Below are positions 53,888-64,000 of a stretch of DNA of 64,000 nucleotides, piece after piece (position 1 is the first letter of the stretch; every line of letters begins with the position of its first letter). Source of the DNA: the human T2T-CHM13v2.0 reference genome, Homo sapiens; assembly GCF_009914755.1 (NCBI RefSeq), contig NC_060937.1. One strand, given 5' to 3'. The notes under the pieces are model-generated. The model saw only the letters and a program-made list of their open reading frames with translations. It had not been told where the DNA came from and did not search any database. A program made the translations under genes and the position numbers.

Positions 53888-54177
53888 ATGGGGTGAGGCT
53901 AATGGGGAGTGGGGAGATGTTGATTAAAGGATACAAAATGTCAGACAGGAGGAATAAGTTCAAGAGATTGAACAACATGATGATTATAATTCATAACAAT
54001 TGTATTCTTGAAAATAAGAGAGTAAATTTTATGTTCTCATCAAAAATATGATAAGTATGTGAAGTAATGTTTAACTACTTCAGTTTAGAAATTTGACAAT
54101 GTATGCATATTTCAAAAATGTGTGCATATTTCAAAAAACACATGAAAATATATATAATTTTTGTTTGCCAATAAAAT
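53888..54177 (+). mobile_element. L1MA 3' end
   Basis: ggagatgttgattaaaggatacaaaa...gacaggaggaataagttcaagaga. Confidence 0.85.
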
Positions 54178-55069
54178 GTCCCAAGTGAAAAAGCAGAAAA
54201 TGTTAAAACTCCACATATGATTATGCCACTAAATTGATGGTGTCTATATTTTTATTTTCAAAAAAAGCTTAAAATTGAGTTTTAGAAAGCTGTTAGCTGT
54301 CCATGTGCTTTGAAAGGCTCTCCAGGCCTCTTGAACCCCAGAGTGATTTTAGTCCATTAGTCTAATTATTTATGATTAGGAGGCAGAAACAGGGAAATTA
54401 TTAATCATAAAAGATATGCCTATCTGTTTATCTTCAGATTTACAAAAAAGCAAATGTTTCATTGGCAAAATTTACATCTTACTGCATGTACACAGGAAAA
54501 AAATAAGTACTCTCACATAAAACAAGCTAAAGGGACATTCACTTGGTTTTACTTTTCCAGTAGACAATCTTTGTTGAACTTAATCTATGATAGCATTGGT
54601 GAATTCTCATGTTTATATTTATACTATGTGGAAAGGTCAAGTCTAACTGTAGTTTTTTAAATAATTGAGAGGAAACAATGTAGAGCCTCCATGAGAGTTT
54701 TGTATAAAGATAAAACATTTGAAGAGAGAATTCTTCTTCACCACCAGTCTTATTGATTCTAAACACAACTTTTACCAAGCAGACAAAAACAAAACTGCTG
54801 GATGTACATCACCACCCTCAGAAAAATAACTTTTGTAAAAGAGAACTGACAACATTCAGTCTTTAAAAAGGAAAATTTCAGGCACTGTTCCACGCATGAA
54901 AGATAGCCCCACATCAGTGAATCAAATTTAGTCCAAAAAATGTACATTAGACAGGACTACTGAGTAGTAGTATGTCAAATGTTTGAGAAAAATTCTGAGT
55001 CAAACTATGGTAATTATGAACCATTAATCACCATCAGTAAGGAAACATTTTCTGAGCTGCATCTACATT

Positions 55070-55232
55070 CTCCTGTGTGATCTCAGGTAAAACACTCCTC
55101 TCTCAGTTCAGTTTGCTCATCTGTAACCTGAGGCTAGAGGGAGCACCTCCTCATAGTGCCATGGAGGAGGGAATGGAAGGAAGCACAGGCAAATGTGTGG
55201 CAGGTAGCAAGTGATCACTCACCTTAGTTGTT
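55070..55232 (+). mobile_element. MIR
   Basis: ctgtgtgatctcagg...cagtttgctcatctgtaa...cctcatag. Confidence 0.6.
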
Positions 55233-55881
55233 ATGATTTTAGTCAACCATTGCACAGAGTTTTCTCTGAAACATGTGGACCAGCTATTTTCCACCTTGAC
55301 TAATAAATTAACAGAGAAGGAAGAACCCTGCAGATCAAAATCTTGTCAAATGCTTATCACAACTCTGCAGGTTTCAGAACATGTAAACTAGTTGAAATCT
55401 CAATTTAATTTTGTGCATGCTTAGTCCAGCAAAACCTGGGATGGACAAATACATATTGTAAATCAGAAGAATGATTGACCTTTGGTAAATTGCTGATGTT
55501 TCTAAAAAGGTCAAGTATTTAAGCAGGTAGAAAGTCAGCTAAAACACTCATTCAAGGAACACACACACACACACACCAAAAAACATAAACAAAATTGTTT
55601 TCCCTTGGGTGTTTATAAATACAATCTTAATAGAGAAGCAACTGTAGATTGTAGGTTATCTCTGCACCATGAAAGTATAGATACTCAGTACTTGCTCTGC
55701 TTCATGGCTCTGTCTGCTTTAGGTGTTCATAAATTTGGTTGAGCTGCAGAAGCATTTTTTTACATTGTTAGAAGAGTAGCTAAAAAGACTATGAAGACCG
55801 CTGAATTATTAGAAAGTATGAAATGGCCTCTCATGGATTGTAATGAAAACATAGTCCAGGCTTTGTGCTTTGAACAAAATA

Positions 55882-56189
55882 CAGTCATCCCTTCTATTTG
55901 TGGGGGATTGGTTCCAGGACCCTCATGGACGCCAAAATCCATGGATGCTCAAGTCTCTCATAGTGTAGTATTTGCATATAACCTATGTACATCCTTTTGT
56001 ACAATTTAAATAATCTCTAGATTTCTTATGATACATAACACAATGTAGATGCTATGGACATAGTTGTTTTACTGTATTGTTTTCCATCTGTATTTTTTTA
56101 TTGTTGTGTTTTTCTTTTTGATATTTTCTATCCATGGTTGGTTGACCACTGGTGCAGAACCCATGCATGTGGAATTGGAGGGCAGACTC
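55882..56189. mobile_element. MER2 (TcMar-Tigger) DNA transposon
   Basis: CAGTCATCCCT...GAGGGCAGACT TIR remnants flanked by TA; ggattggttccaggacc and ggatgctcaagtc motifs. Confidence 0.85.
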
Positions 56190-56409
56190 TACTAGCCTTA
56201 GAGTCAGAAGAACTGAGTTTTGATTGCCACCTGCTGTGGTCCATCCTAGGTATGTTGCTTAGCTATAATAATGGTTCAAGTAAGATGCTATCCAAGCTGC
56301 TGTCTTCTAGCATGTTCACAAGTTCATCCGATGACAGACCATTCTGTCACTAGACCCCAAGTACCTAGGAATTTTGGGTTCCAACTTTAAGAATTGTTGG
56401 TTTTATCCT

Positions 56410-56818
56410 TGATATAGTTTGGATATTTGTCCCCTCCCAAATCTCATGTTGAATTGTAATCCTCAGTGTTGGATGTGGGGCCTGGTGGGAGGTGTTTGGG
56501 TGGTAAGGACACATCCCTCATGGTTTGGTGCTGTCCTCATGATAGCAAATGAGTTTTCATAAGATCTGGTCATTTAAGTGTGTGGCACCCCTCTCCTCCC
56601 TACTCTCTCTCTCTCTCTTTCACCATATGATGCGCCTGCTCCCCTTCCACCTTCTGCCATGATTGTAAGCTTTTTGAGGCCTCCCTAGATGCTGAGCAGA
56701 TGCCAGCACCATGCTTCCCATACAGCCTGCAGAACCGTGAGCCAATTGAACCTCTTTCATGTATAAATTACCCAGGCTCAGGTATTTCTTTATAACAGTG
56801 CAAGAATGGCCTAATACA
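56410..56818 (+). mobile_element. MSTA-like solo MaLR LTR
   Basis: TGATATAGTTTGGATATTTGTCCCC...GGCCTAATACA; TSD ATCCT/GTCCT. Confidence 0.92.
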
Positions 56819-57947
56819 GTCCTCCTACAGAAAAGTACTGGGATCGAATGAGAAACTTTGTAAAAGGATCCAAAGGAAAGAAACTACCCAATTGGATAGG
56901 ATCAGAAAACAAAAGTCCTGCCTCTCTCTGGGAGAAGCAGTGATCCTAGGAACGATTAATGTAGGGCTATGTTCAGGTTCAGAGCTAGGTGAAGGTAACA
57001 GTGGAGGGAGGAAGCAGGCAGTGAGGGAGAAGAGTGGTTTGCAGGCAAATCCTGGTAGGAGTCTAGAAAAAAAAGCAATACACTGGAATGAGAAATAAGC
57101 AATCTCTTTTAATGACTGGGAGTTAATGTTCATAAACGAGTGTTAGCATCCCAGATTCATCAAATATTAAAAATGTTAGTAGGAGCTCTGGGACTACTCT
57201 TCTTTCCTCTATCTCCTTGGTCCCTTTAATATCCAACATGCCAGAATTTGCCTGCAAACTGTACCCAGACCCAGAGATTGCAACTTAGACACACCTTGGT
57301 ATTCATTTTCCTTGAAAAACTGTGAAGTAAGCACTTCTCAACAAAGATTTAATATATTATTTTAAAGGACCTATCTTTTTTCCAACACTGTAGATATGGG
57401 AGAGTCATTTAAGTTCTATTATTTTTCAGGGGTGTGATTGATGTGATGAGTGCCAGGTGGAGTTGAAATGATGGGCTCAAATTCTGACTTGAGGTTGGGC
57501 ATTCAAATGACAGCAATAGGGAACCCAATCAGGCTCACACTATGATAAGTTTGAGCAAAGGATACTTATAAAAATGTCTTAAAAACACTTTCATTTTATC
57601 TCTTTAAATTCTAAAAACAGATTTAATGAAACGGTGTATACTTCCAACAAGCCATTTATATGCACTGTCAAAGTAAACAATGTAATCACACTACATCCAT
57701 TAGCGTTTTGAAGCAATGATGAATATTTATGCATTTAAAACAATTTGAAACAATGACGTGGATGTCACATTTTTGTTTACATTGTAGTGTGTCTCTTTGA
57801 TGCACTGTAAATAGGATAAGAATGTTATTTTTGAGCAGAATTTTGGACTTATTTTTCCTCAGATGGAAAATCACAGTTTATGTTTTTTGTTTGTTTGTTT
57901 GTTTTTTGTCTCTTGTACATTTTCCTTCATTCATATTATCTGCTGCC

Positions 57948-59056
<1,109 letters not shown>

Positions 59057-59854
59057 ACCTAGAGCTTCCTTTTCTAATGAGCAGTGACTAACGGCATCTT
59101 GGGTCAATCAAAGGGTTTCATTTTCATAATTTCTGTGATGTCAAACCAACCCGTGAAAATCACTGCTATTTTCAGTACTTTAACTTCTGCATTCATACAA
59201 AAAGATACTGAAAGAAACAAAATCCTCAGAATCAAAGCATCCATGACCATTGCACAATGCATACATTTCCAACGGTCCCTAGTTGGTTTCATGTGAGTTA
59301 CATCATGTACTGGTGCCAGGAATGCCTGCCTACAAGCAGCAATTACAATACTTTTTATTCTTTTCTTATCTAAAGTAAATGGAAGGCATTCTTGCTTTGG
59401 CCTTGATGAGTGACAGTGCCCTTTGCAAACTTTGAGAGGCTTCTACATTTTCCTTTGTGCTATAGTGATGAGAAGGAAATGCTTTAGAATACTTCTCATT
59501 GGAAACTAGAAACTCTGAGATAGGAGAGAATTCTGCAAGGTATTGATTTCTCAGGGGCCGTTTTCCTTAAGGACTAGAGAAATTCTCTTTAAATCCTGTA
59601 AAACACAATCATTACTGCTTTGTACCCTCTCTGTTAACCAGAGGGCTTGGGTGATTATAGATCATAGACTCAGCAAAAGCCTTTAAATTTTGGAAGGGAA
59701 TAGAAAGCTTAAAATTCACGCTTGTGGGAACCCCTGAAGAGCAGATAAATGCCCTTTGTCTTCTCTGTACTCCCCAGTGTGTTTTGCCTACTGTTTTGAA
59801 TGTTCATGCTATTTTTTGCCTGACAAATGTCTACTCTTCTAAGAAACGTTATTT

Positions 59855-60830
59855 ACTGTGGTTATGAAAGGAATTTATTTTGATTTTAGAAAATTTAAAA
59901 ATATTAAAAGACATAAAGAGAAAAAAGTCTCCTTAAAGCTATCCAATTATAAGTCATACAGACATAACTGCTGTTACCACTGTTACTTCTTGAGTGTGTG
60001 ACATTCTAGACATTCATCTGTGTGAATACATGTGTATGCTAGTGCATATATTTACAGAAACTGTGTCTAAATTAAAAATTGGAATAATTATGTAGTTAAC
60101 TAGTTATCTGTTTGTCTAGTTTGACCTCATACTATCTACCTATCCAGTCTTGTTTGATATTATTTAAAGTATAATTTTCCCCTAATTTAATAGTCCATCA
60201 TATCCCATATACTGTGAACTATAATTTATTTAATCAGACTCCTTTGTATTGGAAATTTAGATTGTTCTTAATTTTTACCATTTTATTATTACTGGAATAA
60301 TTTTCCTTACTTTTATTAATTTCTTGGTATTTTTGAATTTTTGACCTAGGAAAAATTCTTAAAATTAGAAATAGAGGTCAAAGGATATAATTTTAGAAGT
60401 CTAACGCATTATCCATGGCACCACAGAGCCAGCTATAATTTTAAAAGCTTTTGATATATATATATATAGCTAAGGATCCTACAAAAATGTATGTTAGTGT
60501 ACTTTCTCAGCAGAGGATGAGCTGGAAATATTTCAGGCCATTTGATGTAAAAGTTTGCTTTGCTTTTTACTATTAATGTAATTATTTTGATTTCTGTGCA
60601 GTGAACATCTTGCAAGTGTTCATTTGCCTTCTGTTTGTTACTTTTATTACTAACTTGGTGTCCTTTGCTCATGTTTCCATGGTGCCATTTTTCTTTTCTT
60701 GACCATTCTGTGGCAATCAAATGTAAAATAATGTTTATCTGACATGTACTTTGAGTTTTCTTTATTATCACTTTGGATTGTTATGAAATTTTTTATACCC
60801 ACCTCAAATCTGTATATCAAGCTCTGTCTC
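59855..60830 (-). mobile_element. Ancient L1 (L1ME-like) 3' fragments
   Basis: ataatttatttaatcag...ttagattgtt...agaggtcaaaggata and cattctgtgg...atttgactgc-like antisense motifs. Confidence 0.55.
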
Positions 60831-61167
60831 ACAAACCTTGTAATTTATAAGGTATATTAGATATTACATTTTTATTGAATTTTATATCATATAAAAGAAA
60901 TCTGCAATGTAATATGATAATGCTATGGAGAAAAAAAGTACCATATACATTGGAAATATTACCAAAAAACTAACTTTCAGGTAACAGGGATTCATCTTAA
61001 CTGAAAATCAAGTTGTCAGATTAAAATAATTCTATTGATACTTTCCCTTACATAGAGCAAAATGAACAATTTTGAATTGTTTTCCATATTGTTTTTTGTA
61101 CCACAAAGACCTGAGAGTAGGATTCCAAGATGGAACAGATAATATTTTATGCATCTCTTCATTTTCA

Positions 61168-61570
<403 letters not shown>

Positions 61571-61580
61571 ATAGAAAAGA

Positions 61581-61972
<392 letters not shown>

Positions 61973-61981
61973 TTAAAATGA

Positions 61982-62411
<430 letters not shown>

Positions 62412-62559
62412 ACGGTTCTCATCTTTCACCACTTTATGGCTTTGAGGATCTGCACAAATAGGAAGTAAAAACAAATACATAGTTGCAAATGGTGTGCTGG
62501 TGCATTGGAGGTATGTCCCAACACACATACTGAACCCCTAGGCAAAGGATGGGAGACTA

Positions 62560-64000
62560 ACTGGTCTAAAATATTTAGGAAAATCTTTGTCAAAACATTA
62601 GCTGACCACTAAGCTATCCAAGCCAAGCCTTCAGTGCTACCCATGACAAATACAGAAAGTCACTAAACAAACAGTAACAGCAGCAACAACAATCGCAACA
62701 CAAACAACTAAATAAATAAACAACAAAAATAAAGTAAAACCAGAACAGAAACAAAACAAAAAAGTGCCGAGAAGTATCTGATTTCCAAAATTTCCACATT
62801 ATCATATTTAAAATTATCTAGTCTTTAAGAAAAAAAATGAGATATGTGAAGAAACAGGAAAGGATAATCCATACACCGAAAAAAAGGCCAGTTACTAGAA
62901 ATTATCTGCGAGGAAGACAAGATATTACATATACTAGGAAAATACTTTAGATTAACTGGTAATATGTTTCAAAGAACTAGCCAAAATCATGTCTAAAGAG
63001 CTAAAGGAAAATGTAAATGATAACTCACCCAAATAAAAAACAACAACAAAGAGACAAAAATTATTTTAAAAGAAGCAAATAGAAATTCTGCAGTTTAAAA
63101 GCACAATAACTTAAATACAAATTCACTGGAGAGGTCACCAGTAGAATTGGAGTGCTGGAAGAAAGAATTCATGAACTTGATGCTAGGTCAGTTGAAATTA
63201 TCCAGTCTTAGGAACAGTAAGACAAAATAATGAATAAAAAGGAATGGAGGCTGGGTGCAGTGACTCATACATGTAATCCTAGCACTTTGGGAGGCCGAAT
63301 CAGGCAGATCACCTGAGGTCAGGGGTTTGAGACCAGTCTGGCTAAGATGGCAAAACCCCATCAATACTACAAAAATTTGCTGGGCATGGTGGCAAATGCC
63401 TGTAATCCCAGCTACTCAGGAGGCTGAGGCAGGAGAATCACTTGAACCCAGGAGGCGGAGGTTGTAGTGAACTGAGATGCCGCCACTGCACTCCAGCCTG
63501 GGCGACAAGTGAGACTCCATCTCAAAAAAAAAAAAAAAAAAAAAAGAATGGGGAGTCAGACAGAGACCTGTGAGATACCATCAATCATACTAGCTTATCC
63601 GTAATGGGAGTAAAAGTTATTTAAAAAGTCACACATTAAATACAAGGGATCCTCACTAAGAAAACCATCTGACTCTCAGCAGTAACCATGGAGGCCAGAA
63701 GTTAGTCAGATGACATATTCAAAGTTCTAAAAAAAGGACTATCAACCAAGAAATCTATATCTAACAAAAAACATCCTTCGAAACTGAAGGTGAAATTGAC
63801 ATTCTCAGAAAAACAAATATTTGGAAAACTTGTTGCTGGCTGAACTGTCAAATAAAGAATACTAAGGAGAATCTGTCAGACTGAAATTAAAGGGCACTGG
63901 AAAGTAACCTGAGTCCACATGAAGTATAAAGGGCACCATTACCAGTGACTACGTAGGCAAATGTAAAAGAAAGTAAAGCATAATTTTATTTGTGATACTT
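62560..64000 (+). mobile_element. Old L1 (L1M) 5' region/ORF1 remnant
   Basis: aaatagaaattctg...aattcactggagagg, catggaggccagaag...gatgacatattcaaag ORF1 motifs; split by an Alu. Confidence 0.8.
63249..63545 (+). mobile_element. AluS (AluSx-like)
   Basis: Dimeric Alu with A tail; TSD resembling AAAAA(G)GAATGG. Confidence 0.94.

Noticed and set aside
56222-57335. Possible exon edges (acceptor-like on minus near 56365, donor GTAAGC near 57327) and a CTCF-like motif near 56225
   Set aside because: Isolated motifs without a coherent gene model or recognisable peptide.

Overview
Primate (almost certainly human) non-coding genomic DNA. I find no supportable protein-coding gene, RNA gene or processed pseudogene; the ORFs listed come from simple repeats, Alus or chance in GC-rich DNA. 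The window has two parts. (1) 1-50375 is GC-rich, subtelomere-like sequence. It holds a CA-rich microsatellite, a solo LTR12 (ERV9) with exact 4-bp TSD, two 24-bp minisatellites, a long polypurine tract, a 12-26 kb cluster of old L1s with nested LTRs and Alus, and several short AT-rich, homeobox-motif-dense islands that look like enhancers. (2) 50376-64000 is AT-rich and TE-dense, and it starts abruptly inside a truncated ERV LTR. That junction looks like a rearrangement or segmental-duplication breakpoint and is the most informative observation. Several small inverted or templated duplications sit at TE deletion and insertion junctions. Repeat names are from recalled consensus sequences, so subfamily calls need RepeatMasker/Dfam confirmation. 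I see no evidence of a genuinely new biological system.
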